Positions 13,690 to 27,844 of a stretch of DNA of 64,000 nucleotides are shown in pieces. Every line of letters starts with the position of its first letter. Positions within the stretch are counted from its first letter, which is position 1. The notes beneath the pieces were generated by a model. It did no database searches, was not told the DNA's origin, and worked only from the letters and a program-made list of their open reading frames with translations. Source of the stretch: Tubiluchus corallicola (Eukaryota > Animalia > Priapulida); contig JAQGDQ010000010.1 in the NCBI GenBank assembly GCA_030141605.1, positions 496,001 to 560,000 of the forward strand. The letters run 5' to 3'. The translations under genes and the position numbers were made by a program.

Positions 13690-14186
13690 CATAACGTTTC
13701 TTTAGTGTATATTTTTTACATTTGTGTATTGAGGCTAGCGTAATTCAGTTAACATCGCTGGCGCAGTTCTGATCGTTAGAAATCTCAAAATTTAAGTTTC
13801 GCAGCAGGCTAATTCACGCTAGTGTAACATTAGCCTTTTATTAGTGAAAAATATGAAGTCAATTCTGTTAAAATTATTTATTTAATACAACAATTTCTCT
13901 CTTTTCACTTTGAAAACAAGTTATTTGCGAGATTTTATTTTGGCAGTATGAAGATTTGTTTAAACTATGGTGTTATAAACACTTGCCAAATCATCAAGAT
14001 TACCACAGATATGCCAGCCCAGCATGTAATGAAACGTCTACAATTTTAAGGTAAAATTTGAGATCTAATATTACCTGCCGTGGCGTAATCTAGATGATTT
14101 TGAACAGGTCGGATTTCTCTTAACATTTCAACTTCTCCTGATTCAGCTCCTCGGTGTCTGAAAATAATATATCACCTTTTCTTCAG

Positions 14187-14300
14187 ATCTTGGGATTAAG
14201 CAGCTGCTGAGCCGGAAAGCCGCCGACAAAGCATAAATCGAAAAGTGACATTGATGCGCTCTTGAATGCTTTTCGGAAATCGTTTTTGTTAAGCAAGAAG
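14187..14300 (+). other. Candidate non-coding (5' UTR) exon, 114 nt
   Basis: Acceptor ccttttcttcag|A and donor AAG|gtaaac; stops in all three frames. Based on splice-site pattern only. Confidence 0.2.
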
Positions 14301-15456
14301 GTAAACCTTTTCAATTAGAAACGGAAGCGGAACAAATCTGAAAGACACCAGAGTGATGTTTTGCACAGAAGTTATTGTGTTAGCAATCCACATAGTTAAA
14401 ACAGGCGCATCATCTATTTATGCAAATACATAAATATCACTCATTCCATGAACTAAAAACTATGATGCATCAAACCAATTATACGATATGTACAACTAGC
14501 AACATATTTAATATGATAGTTCCACGCAAGATGTGAAGAAAAGTATAAGCCAAGATCTACGTGGCAATCTACTGCTTCTATCAATATGTCAGCAAGGAAG
14601 TAATCACCGCAAAGTGTTCTCAATAAACTGACTTACCTTTGTATTTAAAAAAATTAACAAGTCACCTAGCATGTTGCGTTAATTTTTCTGTTATCACTTA
14701 AACTTGAACAAATATAACAATTTGCAATAAAGCAGTCTATAAAGCGTAAAATTTATTTATACTACAGCAGTATAGAAATTACCATGTGCTGTTGTAGCCA
14801 TTCACTTGAAAAATCACCTGTGTTGTTCCCTAATAGAGTGTGTGACATAAAAATGATCCGGACGCGTGCAACTAAGTTGGTACCTTCACTTCGCTGTAAG
14901 AAGTATACCTAAAGACTACAAAAACTTAAACTTCCAATGCTTATATACCGACGAATTATGAGCTAAAAATGTCTACAAGTTTGTTTATGGAATAACAAAT
15001 GTAGACGTGACATTTATTTCCATAACGCTCGTGGAAACAGTCTTGAACTGTATTGATCAGCAAGGACTCAGAGCGGCATAGACTCATGTAACTCTTTGCT
15101 ACGAGGTGTATTAAAGTATGGAATTGATTGCCTTACCATGTAGTTTCAAGTGGTTGCAACCGAAAATAAGCTAGACAATCATATGGTTAATATTATGAAC
15201 ATCTATTGTGATGTTCGTGATGCAACAGGATTACATACACAGTTTTGAAAGATATCTATACCCACTTCATAAAAATAAAAATAAATTCGTAACTGATATC
15301 ATGAAGCGTGCCTTATAGAGTTTTAAACGTCGAAGACGTACGATAACTTACTCTAAAAATTTAAAAATTTTGTTACGCGCACTTTACTACAAACTGATTT
15401 TTTGTAGGTGATAGGTGATAATAAATTACATTGTTATGTTATGTTAGAGAAACATA

Positions 15457-15463
15457 TAGAGAA

Positions 15464-15544
<81 letters not shown>

Positions 15545-15590
15545 AAGAGAGAGAGAAGTGGAGTGAGAAAGGGCGGCAGAGAGAGGAAAA
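15457..15590. repeat. (GA)n microsatellite with purine-rich tail
   Basis: Read directly. Confidence 0.95.
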
Positions 15591-16924
15591 GAGAAATTCT
15601 ATTAAAATGACGTGAATTGTAATGTTGTAAAACGATCCCACGACAACGGCAAATAGTCTAAACAGCATATCCCGGTCGTTCGGCAGAAAAAATTAAATAA
15701 GCGAGTAAGCCAACGCGTCGCATTTCGGACTAGTTTAAACTTTTCCGTCTTTTGTCTATTGGAATTGGTTTACCATTTGCGTAGCAGCAAAGTAGTAGGT
15801 GTAGCGCAGTCAGTCTAAGGCGGAAACAACGGTTTAAGAAATCATTATATTGTTATAAAGCAAAAAAATAAACAGAAATAAATAGCCCAAAATACGTATT
15901 GTCAAAATTTAAAAAAAATGTTCTGGATTGATTTCAAATTGATAATCTAACAATTAATTTTACAGCGTTACCATGGCTACCGTTTTGTTGGCCGCCTTAT
16001 AATTAATAATAATTCCAACAAAAACATTGCACAGAAAACTTGATATCGAAGGGCAATCCATTTTAATTTGATATACAACTCTCTGGAGAACATTTAGCCT
16101 CTTCAGTTCGCAAACGTGTTTTATTCAAACCCAATATTTTATTTAAAACAGAGGCTTTCAAAGCAAGACGTTTCTTCTGGGGGCTTTCAACTTCAAAATG
16201 AAGTAAACGTTAAAAATTCATGGAGTTTTTTAAATGCGCCTAATAATTAATTGCAGTAAAACTGTTTCCTTGCAAATTTCTTAAAATTTAAGTTTTAAAC
16301 GACTTTAGTTAAGTTATGAACAGTAACGTGAGTACTGAGTAGTTGTAAGCCAGCCATTTTGGAACTACTGTGTTGGTAGCCATATTAATTTTGTCATCCA
16401 AGGCTGAACATCAGCGGCAAATAGCAGCTTAAACAATAAATGTGCTTGCTTTAATAGCAAATTGTGAAACATGTGCGTGCCTTTTTAGTAGTGTCGAAGA
16501 GAACTAGCAGGATTCAGAAGCCATCTCGACCTTGTCAGAAGGGTAGTAATGAAAGAAGGTACCCTTATTATAATCACTATCTTTCACAAGCCAAAATAGG
16601 TCAGTTCTTGATTTTTGCGTGTATTACAAGAGATAAATAAAAATTATCTATCTGTCTCGAGATATTATATAAGGAAGTTGTACAAATCAATTTGCAATCA
16701 GTTTTGTGCAACGGTTGTAAAATATACTGCCCTTAAATTAGCAAATAACAAAAAAATAACTTTGGTAACAACGTTAGCGGAGATTATAACTGTCCTGATC
16801 ATGTTGTCTGTCAGTGGATAAAGTCGTATAAACGTGACTGCATTATCCTAAAGATGGCTAAAGCCTACGAGCGCAAAAAAGCAAGTGAGCCGAAAATGTT
16901 TTGGAATTGAATCAGATTATCATA

Positions 16925-17950
16925 TTTATAAGTTTATTGATGAATAACACAATACAATGTACATGAAGAATCACACATCACACAAAAAGTATCTCAGAAT
17001 TTCGGTATAATCGTCACATTGAAACAGTAAAAAAACAGTAGATGTTAAACAGTTTACAATATATACACGTTTATAAAAATAATGTAATTACAACAATGCG
17101 CTATTGCTATCAATTGAATGTGATTTTCTGTGATTAAGTTTTTATTTTCCTGGCTCAAAAAAGTCTATAATATAATTTGAAACTGAATTTGCAAGTTCAC
17201 AATCAATACCATTAATAAGAAACATAAATTTGTCTTTACCATGAGATTCGTGAAGTTTGGGAAAAATTTCATTGGTATGATAAAACAAGCTATGTCTTAA
17301 ATCATTATAATAGTTACCTTCAATAATTAATTTTTTCGCCATCGTTCATTACAAAAATGTCATAGTCTGTTGTTAAGGGGCGTTTTAGGTTTGGTGTTCT
17401 CTGTGAGCTAATAAGCAACATTGTAAAGTTTGCTCATTAAATGTAACCTTACTAGCAACAAGTAGCATTTTCTACAAACTCGTTTTTAAACTAAGAATAG
17501 GTTCGCAACTGGCTCTTTTCGTTATTAGTTTTAGTAATTTCATTGGTGACATTTTGCGTAGCTAGTTTGGAATTTTTATTTCAGTAAAATAATAAATTGT
17601 TTAGGCCATTGAACTATGGACTTTGAACCTCCCAAACATGTGAGAATCCTGTATGATTTAAAATATCTCTGATAAATTTTAACCAACAGTCGGTGGTATG
17701 TTCCAGGAGCTGGACATTTTTGCAAGCATCCAACACTCAGAATCCAGTGACAAATACTTACCACAGATGGTAAATGATAGTAGCCACATTTGGTGCATCT
17801 AGTGGACCAAATTCATGGATTTCCGAACTTATTGGCATTTTTTTCGCAAAATGAAAAGCTACGCAAAATTACGTCAACTGCCTAACGAAATGATTCTTGA
17901 AAGCACATGTTGGCCACATTCAAAAAGATCAATAAAAGACACATTCTAAT
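16925..17950 (-). mobile_element. Degraded non-LTR retrotransposon (LINE) ORF2 3' end
   Basis: Minus-strand fragments WLKFIRDILNHTGFSHVWEVQ and YYNDLRHSLF...DKFMFLING...VSNYI resemble post-RT C-terminal motifs of LINE ORF2; minus-strand AATAAA near 16933. Confidence 0.6.
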
Positions 17951-18443
17951 CCGTTACAAGCTATTATAGTTATTCAGTAACACCTGCGGCTTGAATTTTA
18001 CGTGACAACTACTACATAGCTTTACCACTGTTTTTACATTATTTTCTTTATAATTGTTTTTCTTTTGGTAAAGTTATGATTTCGCGAATTCCCTTAAGAA
18101 ATTTCTCGAAAAAGGACTAAGCAACTAATCTTCAAACTAAGATTCAAAGTTTTAACCATCTTTCTGCAAATAAGTAAAAGTTTTCGTTACCAAGTTCCTC
18201 CATTTATTTTATATATTAAAGAAACTGGTCACCTTTAGTTTGTTCCCTCGTATTTCGAATGCCAAGTGGTCTGGGTTCAATCCCAGGATGATAAAAAACA
18301 TTATAAAGACAGACGAGAATTTGTAGAAATAAATCGCCAGTAAACTTGGGCTGATTGTGTGTACGGAACAGGTGCCGTGATGGTAGACATCTGTATGTTT
18401 ACCTGCTGATTCGACCATTCCATATCGGCAGTCATATACATAT

Positions 18444-18590
18444 TGTAACAACGACGAAACGCCATTTATTTTCACTCCTTAACCCTATATTGTGATGGTT
18501 CCATCCATTACGAAGCCATTGCATATCAGTTTAGCATACAAGGTATAAAACTGCCGATTTGTAATGGTCTCGTCGATTCAGCAGGTAAAC
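18444..18590 (+). mobile_element. Partial copy of the solo-LTR-like family at 36109 and 36692
   Basis: Starts TGTAACAACGACGAAA and shares ccattacgaagccattgcata with 36692-36997; 3' end not identified. Confidence 0.55.
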
Positions 18591-19544
18591 TATTAAATGA
18601 AAAGTAAAAATATGGCTTTTATGGCTTACAAGTAGAATATGAATGAATTTGACTGCGGGCGTACATTTCTGAAATTTTGCATATGAGTCACAGGAAAAAC
18701 CGCTCTTTTGCAAATGCGTTGGAAACGTGGTCATTTTTGTGAGCATTACAGCTTCGTCCAGACAGCCACTTTTTCTCATTATGAGGGGCGTACTGAAATT
18801 GTGAATCCTACTCTTATCCACATTACAGTTTTCTCATTTAAGCCTACGTTACTAGTTAATTTTATCCATAGACTTATGGGCTATGGCATGGAAAAGATCC
18901 CTTTGCGGCTTACTTTAATAAACATCAGGCAATTCGGACATCAAAAGCTTGTACAAGACTTGGAAAATTAACACCACATTTACTGAATGAAGATAGTGGT
19001 TACGGTCTAGAAACCCGAAAAAGGCTAGATGCGTATCCTACCACATAAAGTTTGTTGAATCTGTAGCTCTGTGTGGCTACATTTTCCTTCGATTTTATGC
19101 CGTGGCAGGAAAAGTTCTAAGGATCCCCAGTGTGCACAGCTTCAGGGGCAGGGAATATGAGAGGGATTTCCGTCAGAAAATTTGTCCTAGCTCCGTAAAT
19201 TGACAGACTAATTTAACCCTCACCTTCAATTATATTCACCCCTAAGAAATTGTTAAGTGACAACAACTGTCAAACCGTCATAACCAATTTTTTTCTACAA
19301 AAAAGAAACAACTGCAATAAAAAGTACCGAAAGGAATTTATTAAGAGTTTTAGGGCCAAATAAATAAATCGTAAATTCTGCGAAGAAGTCCATCCCTGGT
19401 ATTCCTCTAGGACGGAACCAACAGCCAGGGGACTAAAAGCAATCTTGTTCCACTTTGCTGCCTTGAAGACCACCCGTAGGCATATTTCATTAGAGCTAAA
19501 GGAGTTTTATTTCTAACACGTTACGCCTTACATGTAGCGCATGC

Positions 19545-19795
19545 AGAAGGAGAGAGGGAAAAGACAAGAGGAAGAATGAGAAAAGGAAAGAAGAAAAGAG
19601 AGAAACGTAAAAAGAAAAGAGAAAAACGTTAAAAGAAATAGAAGAAGAGAGAGAAGGGGAATGGAGTGAAATGGCGAGGTGGAGAAAAGAGGTAGAAAGA
19701 TAGAACAAGAATGTGGGAGGGACAGAGACAGAGGTAGACAAAGAAAGGCAGACAGACAGACAGGTAGACAATGAGAGAGACAGAGGGGTATGGTA
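19545..19795. repeat. Purine-rich (GA/GACA) low-complexity tract
   Basis: Read directly. Confidence 0.85.
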
Positions 19796-19819
19796 GAACA
19801 TGCTGGCTTCTAGCCTGAG

Positions 19820-20120
19820 CCTGAAACAAATGATTAATTGGTTAGAATCGCTCTAGCGCGAGCTTCTATAATTAGAAATGCTGAGCAGATTCTATAGGAG
19901 TGAACTGCCTTGACCAGTGGGACATATAATGGTCAAGTGGCCCAAGGCGTCAGTCTTGTAAGCAGAATGTCCATAGTTCAAATACAGGCGGTATCCCACC
20001 TTTTTCACATTTCTTGTCTTTTTATTTTTACTTTGGTACAAAATTTTAATTAATTGAAGGGTTATTCCATGGTTAATAATAATCATTAAGATTAAGATTA
20101 TAGTAATTAAAGACCTATAT
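19820..20120 (+). mobile_element. Repeat with internal tRNA-like module (homologous to 56213-56625)
   Basis: tRNA-like core GGTCAAGTGG...CTTGTAA...AGTTCAAATAC followed by TTTTCACATTTCTTG; about 100 bp upstream aligns with the reverse complement of 56330-56425. Confidence 0.6.
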
Positions 20121-20579
20121 AATCTCAAAAGACATTGAAGTTTTTTAACGCATTATTATAATTACACAAAGAATTCATAGTTATTATTAAACAAAAGAGA
20201 CTTGTAAATTAAATAACTTGCCTTTTTCTGGCGAATTTGGAACACGTGCATTGCCCGTAAATATTGCCATGTTTTGCGTCTTTGGCGCAAGTGAGCGAGA
20301 ATGACTTACGTAGTACAGAAACAGTCTTTGGTGACCGATGTTTTTTACCGATCTTTGGTGACCACGTGACTGTTAATTAACATAAAGCTTATATTACAGT
20401 GAGGGTTTAATTTGACACTAACGATGTTAACGTCTTAGCACAATGTACTGTCAATAAACTCTCCTATTTAAGGTGCTCCCTACCAAAAAAATAATATTTG
20501 ATTATTGTGTACTCAATAAGTATCGATAATATCAATCTGTCTACCACAAGTCACTTAATCATTTTCTTATTTCTTTTAG

Positions 20580-20983
20580 AGAATTTTCTGACTGAAAGGA
20601 CGACTTCATCCGCAGAAAATGGCAAAAGTAACTTCGAAGGAACTAGATCTGGGGCTACATTTTCGCGTTAATTACAGCAATTACTTCCAGTTTGGTAAAA
20701 GCTAAAACTACCCTTATAATTCGTATGGTGGCTTTTAACTTTGTCAGATTGTTTATGAGCTGTATTAATCACCACTCTGCGACGGCAGTTTGAAACTGAT
20801 GTATCTCCAGGTAAACGAAGAGAGTTCTGTGGCGAGAATTCAACTTCTTTATCAGAAATGAAAATTAGTTTTTGACGCTAGCAGAGCGTCAGAAATTGGA
20901 TTTCTAGCGGCTCGTTTTCTACGTTCACGACCAGACTTTGATTAAAACACTATTATCGCTACTCCGAAAACGACGCATGCGCA
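20580..20983 (+). other. Probable 5' UTR part of the GPCR first coding exon
   Basis: Branch-point-like cacttaat and acceptor attttcttatttcttttag|A at 20579/20580, 404 nt upstream of the ATG. Confidence 0.55.
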
Positions 20984-21422
20984 ATGGAGCAGACGAATTT
21001 CGGTGACGTCGTGGAAGCGATGTTGAATCCACTCGCTAATACAATGGGATGGAACGGTAGCTGTTCAGATATACCTATTACCAGTACTTTTAATCGAGAC
21101 GACTCTGTCATATATCTAAACTATACTTATCCTAATTATGAAGGTGGCGGTAATTTAAGTTCATGGCCAACGTGGGAGATTGTGTTAAAGTGCGCTTCTT
21201 ATGCCTTGATTCTAATTTTAGCAGTTGTGGGAAATATATTGGTGATTTTGATTGTGGTTAGAAACAAACGTATGCGATCTACCACTAACTTTTATTTAGT
21301 GAACTTAGCTGTGGCCGGATTGGCGATTGCATTGTTTTGCATGTGGCCAAACTTGACCATCAGCTTTGTGAACGGATGGCCATTCGGGCAGTGGTTCTGC
21401 AAGGCGAACACTCTTTTTCAAA
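20984..21422 (+). CDS. Class A (rhodopsin-family) GPCR, neuropeptide-receptor-like; first coding exon (N-terminus to start of TM3), phase-1 intron follows
   Basis: N-glycosylation sequons NGS, NYT, NLS; TM1 with GN (VVGNILV); ICL1 RMRSTTNFYLVNLAVA; ECL1 WPFG and conserved Cys (WFCK); consensus donor A|GTAAGT at 21422/21423. Confidence 0.93.
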
Positions 21423-22149
21423 GTAAGTAAACAACACCGTTTCTTGCATGTAAATAAATGCGCAAAAAGTTGCTTATTCTCTGTAATTTTGTTTTTTGAG
21501 GGATTTTTGAGCAACATGCCTAACGCTGCTTTGTTTATCCCAAACCGCGCAGTAAAATAATGGCTACTGAGCGCACACGTATGTGACAAGCACAACCAGA
21601 TATTCACTGTGGTTATCAGTTTTAAACAATAAAAACCGAAAGTAAAAGACATTATTATCATCTTTACGGATATCACAGGTTTCATGGATCGGCCATATAA
21701 TGTAATCCTATACTGATACTGTTACAAATTTAAACATATGCGTTTTGCCATTAAAGTCTTAGTTGGAAGTTTTGCCATTACTAAGTTGTAAATTTGTTAA
21801 AATTGCCCAGGTTTGTTGATATGCGCTAAATACTTTACTTAGTTACATGCAGAATCAGAATGATGCTATATGAAGGTATCATTTACATTAAGAAAACATT
21901 CTGACATACAAAGCTGTAAAGTGTATACAAAGTAAAAAACGCTGTTAATTATCTAAAGCGCGCTTTTGCCTGTTCTACAGAGATCACAATTAATTGTTTT
22001 TATTTTAATTAAGTTTTGCGTCTCATTAGTCCTTTCAGCTAGCTTCGTCATTCTACTGTTTAATATTACAGATTTATCAATAATAGTTAAATTAGTGAGA
22101 CAATTGGTAATTCATCTAATCAGTTAGTCAGTTGTACTGTTGACTATTC

Positions 22150-22860
22150 AACCTAATCAATACAGCAAGCAGCCAGCACACCACCCATCTAATCAATAAA
22201 CCACCAAAATAAATGAACAATCAACTAACAAGTCAAACAAACTATATTTATCCAACCAATCAACCAACTAACCAAGCAACCAACAAACCAGCCAACCAAC
22301 TAACTCCTAATCACCAACCACCAGCCAGCCAGCCAACCAATCAACCAACAACCAATCAGTCAGCCAACCATCCAGCTAACTAACTAACCAACCAACCAAC
22401 TAGTCAGCCAACTAGCCAACCAGCCAGCCAGCCAACAACTAATCGACCAGCCAAAAAACCAAATCAGCCAACCAACTTAGAACGAAACAACCAATTATTC
22501 GGGCAGCCAACCAACCTGCAACCAACTGATCATTTAGCTTAACTGATAACCTAACTGCAAATTGACTGATGGGTCGATTGGTTGTAATTGGTTAACTATA
22601 ACTGGTAACTAACCAACCAATTACCGTGCCATCCAACTTACATACCAACGAAACAATTACAATAAACAAGCAAGCAAGTAAGGAAAGAATAATATCTTCG
22701 CTGCTACCAAACAGACAACTTCGACCAGCATACCTACACCACTAATATTTACCCAATGACAAACTAAACAATAAACAAAGTAAACAAGCAAGGAAAGAAA
22801 GCAGACCACCTCCGCAAAATAACAGTCACCAACAACAACAATCAATCACTTTTATAAACA
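22150..22860. repeat. Degenerate tetranucleotide array (ACCA/GCCA/ATCA/ACTA)n
   Basis: Read directly. Confidence 0.85.
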
Positions 22861-22964
22861 AACAATCAGAAACTGTGTCTTGTATAGTTAAACCAACACA
22901 AAGGCAATGTTGGGTGATTTATTTCCAGAAGTTTCAATGCTGCTACGTTCGGCTATACTACATT

Positions 22965-23700
22965 ATTATATTATTTTTAAATTTATGTCATACATTTAAA
23001 AGCACGTAGCATTATACAAAAAATTAAAACACTCCTAAAACACTCCGAAAAGCTACTAAAATATTTACATATATACATACATATGCACCCATACACAAGA
23101 CAGATCATCGAAAAACAATATAGAAAAGCATAAAACCCAATACAAGTTAACTAATTAAAAAGATAAAAGATGTTGATCGCCTAATGCAAAATACACTTGT
23201 AGCAATTCGTACATATAAATGTATTACGATACCTTATACAGTTTATCAATTATATCATTAGATAGTTTTGCCAGTCCAAACATAAAGAATCCTGTTATCT
23301 TTCTTGTAATAACATCATAATTAGGAATATTAAAAATTACAAATTTTTCACTTATCCTGCATCTTCCCTCAAAGTTGAAGTCTACGAAATACGTTATTGT
23401 GAACTAACTTCAAGAAAGTGTAGTTGTATTGTGAAAAGATCATAGGGCACATCCGTAAAATATGGCACAGCCATACGATTTGAATATCATTATGTTCGTA
23501 TGTACGCAACATTTAGAGAACTTAACCAATAAAGTATTTGCCCTTACATAAAGATCTTTTAATTGCGCTTTCGTAGCTTCACCATTACGTAAATCAGAAG
23601 TGAGTGCATAATCTAAATAATCATAAGAGTTACAATGTTTAAGAGGAGAACCATTAAGCCAAAATATGCGCAAACTCCGGGGATTGCAGAATTTACCATT
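22965..23700 (-). mobile_element. Non-LTR retrotransposon 3' remnant (RTE-X or CR1-Zenon-like RT C-terminus plus 3' UTR)
   Basis: ORF 23440-23721: YDYLDYALTSDL...QLKDLYVRANTLLVKFSKC...IFKSYG...YGCAL resembles the YLG...LY.R.N.L...F..C...LF..YC..YG.LW pattern; 3' UTR shared with 27845-28220. Clade is tentative. Confidence 0.75.
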
Positions 23701-26700
23701 TACCTCATGCATTTGTGGCATGCATACCTCTTTGTTGTGCGAAACATGAACCTGAACAGTTTGATTTCGGTACCGATTTTGGAGAAAACGTAGATCCCTT
23801 GCTGCACGAGTTTACTAAAGAGAGTACGGGTAGCACAGTGGAAGTTGGAAAATTTCTTTTTATTTTCTTTTCGGTAGGCTCTCTCTGCTTGGTTCCTTGG
23901 AGCAAATCCAAGTAAAACATTGTTATGCGATTCCGCAGTTTTCTGCCTTGGTAATCAGGACTAAGAAGTATGCTAACGCATCGCAAACCATATATATATA
24001 TATATAGAAAGCGCATGATAAAAAAAGAGGCAGGACCAACAACAAACGATGGTGCATCTATAACTGAAAAAATAATAACAACGATGCCTGCATTAATACT
24101 AATCACTTTCAACATTAAAATTAATCTACGTAAACCTTATGCAAAAACCAGGGCTATCAACAATGGTGGCAACGGCGATTACAGTGCTACAGCAACAGCC
24201 GTGAAGACAGCAAGCAACTACACCTCTACCCCTCATCCTACTGCTCTTTACGCCACTCAAGCCAAAGGGCTTTTGAGAAGATAAACTCCTTTTTAACAAA
24301 ACACTTGCAATCCTAATCTAAATGACAGTTGAACCATATTGCCAAAGGTCAAGAGAGAATTCAGCCAAAAACCAGCTGACTAGAGAAAAGTGTGCTATGA
24401 GGAGCCATTATTAGGTTGAGAGAGGGCGTTGGAAACAGCAGAACCTGGAGTATTGAAAAAACTAAAATTTGTAAAACTTTTTAAGAAGTGGCGAATTCTT
24501 TGTGGGCATGCTCATGCTAAAGTGCTAAAGGTGCTAAACATGCTAAAGGTGATTTTTTGCTCAGAAAACAGTAGTACCACACGAATCAAAGTCTGACCAC
24601 TGCCTAAAAAACACATACAGGCAGAAATTAAACAACGAAACAAACAAGCCCATCACACTGTAAGTGCGAATGGTTTACCGCTTATATAAGCCGTCATTGT
24701 ATAAAGGCATTCCATAAATCCACAAGTGAGCTGCTGTAAATATTTCATCCTTATTGATGATTAGACATTACAATGACATACCTTCCAGTCAAACGAATGC
24801 GAATTAAGATGAAATAAATGTTTTTAAAAAGTCTCAATCATTCAAATCTATATAGAATCTCGTGTGTAGAAACGCTTCCTGTTATTATATTTACTTGCAC
24901 ATTGTGATAATGAGCAGTTAAAATAAGTCAGTTGAGATATTTGCTTAATTTTTCCATCGAGGTAAAGTTTATTTAATCTCAGCGAATCTATAACGTCCAC
25001 CTATTTCTGTGCAATTCCGATTTTAACCACTCCTCAGTTGGGTGGCCCTAGACAAAATAGTTTGTATAGAAACTGAAGCGAAACGCATTTCCTGTGCATT
25101 AATCAATAATTTGAAAGAGTTACTCAAAATTCCAAGCAGGAAACAGGTGATATTTAACAGCTTAGGGTTTAATTACACTTTGGGATAAAACAGATCTGGA
25201 GTTTTGACTAGGGCCCAGGCGAAAATCAATGTTTTCCAACTAATTTAGCAAATCTAAGCAGTAGAAAAACAAAATCACGGTTACCATCATTACACTGTTC
25301 ACATTTATATATTTTTTAACAATCAAAGCAAAATATTTGAAAATATGTGCAGATGAACTAAAACTTTGGGGTAATTCTTTTAATCAAAATAGAAGAAAAT
25401 CTGAAGTACTGCTCTGATACACCTGCGAAAACTTTCTTACGCGTGAATTAAAGGAAGAGCAAGCCGTCCGGGAAATTAAGCTTATTTCAATTTCGCGAGA
25501 GATTTTGAAGGATTTTGTGATAAGTGTCTCGTGTAATTAGTAAAATCACTTTAAAGTCGCGATCATTTCATGACTGGGCGCTTCCATTTTGAACGCCAAT
25601 TCTTCCCACAACGACGTCGTTAATCGGTTGAAGAGTAGCAGTCCACTGTCAATTTTCGCAAAAGTATAATAAGTTTTTTAAAAAATTAGGTTGCTAATTT
25701 TATGATATTTTTGAATGAACATTAAGTAGGATGCAGAAGTTTGAACAAGTTCAAGCCGTGTGCGTTTACGGAAAGCTGCGAAAAGTCTGCCAGTTACGTC
25801 ATAATTTTCAAGTGAATGTCGGCTGCAATTGACGTGAAATTTTCTATTCAGCGGTAGTATAAATTAACATTATGCTGTTTCCTTTCAATATTTTCTTTTT
25901 AAGGTAGATTGTTTTGAGCTATAATTTAAGATGGGTTCGGTTTTCCTTATACATGATTAAGACCTTGAACTGATTTATAGACAGTCCACTTTGTCTGAAA
26001 CGTCTCTATGCTCTTAAGGAGTGTATCGGTTTAATTAAAAAGAACAAAGAAAAAGGCGAACGCTGTAGTTCTAACGGATGTTGCGTTCTAAACGCATTTA
26101 ACAGAAACATGATGGGAACTATAATAGCTTTTCTGTTGCTGTTTTAAAAAGGTATTGATTTTTGGTTGATGAAGTCCTTCTAAAAACCTTCAAAGAAAAT
26201 TTGCGTCACCTGTCTCAGGATCGTTGTGCTCCTGCTGAGTGTTACGCATAAAGTAGTTCCGACGGATTGATTTAATTAGTGCCAATTACCTTTTAAATTT
26301 AGATTAACTTATTCGTGTTTTGCTCCCACAAAATTGATCGAAATCGCTACACGTTGTTTTTTACTTACGTCGTTGCTTGTAGCAGAAGCTTTTATTAAAC
26401 AACTAAGTTAACTAACAGAACACCTCATTTAAATAATTAAAATAACTAACAGGAACGATTTTATAATGCTTGTTTTATCAATAATTGTTTGTTTGTCTGT
26501 AGTGTCGCTATATATTCAAAATTGAAATTGTATGTATGTCTTGAATTTTTATATTGTTTGTGTTTTGGTACCAATAAATAAATATCTAAATGATTCTGAG
26601 TCCCACTGGCTAACAGGTTTGCATTTAGGCCAATAAATAAGTTTGATTAAAAGAACAACGCACCCAGACGGTATAACAACATCCGCGCAGTCATCAAGAG

Positions 26701-27844
26701 GAACCTGACTACCATTCAGATTCTGGCAGTCGCCTAAACAGTCGAACCCGGGGAAACGCAACCATATCCTGACCGATTAGCATCTTTAAATATTGAGCCA
26801 CTTGAACTTCGTCGAATACACTGTGATTTGACAATGTGTTATAGAGAGTGCTATAGACAAAGATGTGCTTTTCGAGGTGTCATTTTTACCGCTTGAAGCT
26901 GCAGCCCATTAGCTGCTGACTTTTTTGTTTTAAAAACTTTTTCTCAAACAGAATAATTAAAATCTGGAATCAACTCCCAGAGTGTGTCAGCGGTGACCCC
27001 TTGATCTGTGTAGCAAACTCCTTAAAAAACGTTTAAAAGATGAAAATATTAATAATCGTTTATCACTTAATAGGTGCCTGTAAGTAGCCTTGGCTGTACG
27101 ATCTGGAACTCTATAATCCTACACATAACAACACCCAAAATACTTAATCAAAGTCTGTACATAACTGCTGCGTGGAATTCAAACTAAATCAAGCCCAATT
27201 CAATAGAAACCTGCTTACCAGAACTTCATCAGAATTTGTTCTCTGCCAGAGCGTTTTGGGAATTTACATAGTCCACCTTTCTATATTTAGTAAACCGTTT
27301 GGCTGCCATGGGGAACACGCCTCATAATTTGAAATAAATAAACAAACAAGTAAATAAGCCGTATCGAACTGCAAGTGATGTTACTCTGGCACATGTAGAA
27401 CTGAAGACTACTGCATGGCTCCGAAGAGTTTTTTAAATACATGGAATATATCAGTAATTAATCAAAAACCTAATTTGCTATTTTCGGTCAGCGCTAAGTA
27501 AGGTCAGTTCTATTACCTAACGATTTTATTACGTGAATTTTAATCAGTTTGTTTATTGGTTATATTTTAATGTAATGAGTATTAAGTAATTAATTATTAT
27601 CGTGTAAATGAAATTATCGTCACATAATAATCATGTGCTTGTATGTCTTGTATATGTGCAGGATTAAGCAGGGTTGAGGGATCAATTTTTAGCAATCATC
27701 AAACAGTTTTCCGTGGTGACAGGTGATCATAGTGTCTATATCGACGGATCTTTCAAAGAAATCACCGCGTTAGCAAAAAAAGTTAATCAAAGGAGCGTTT
27801 CAATCAATAGACGCTCAATAGGATCGTTGGAACGCATCACTCTA

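Noticed and set aside
21305-21685. 126-aa antisense ORF overlapping the GPCR exon end
   Set aside because: No motifs; crosses the splice donor into AT-rich intron; likely chance.
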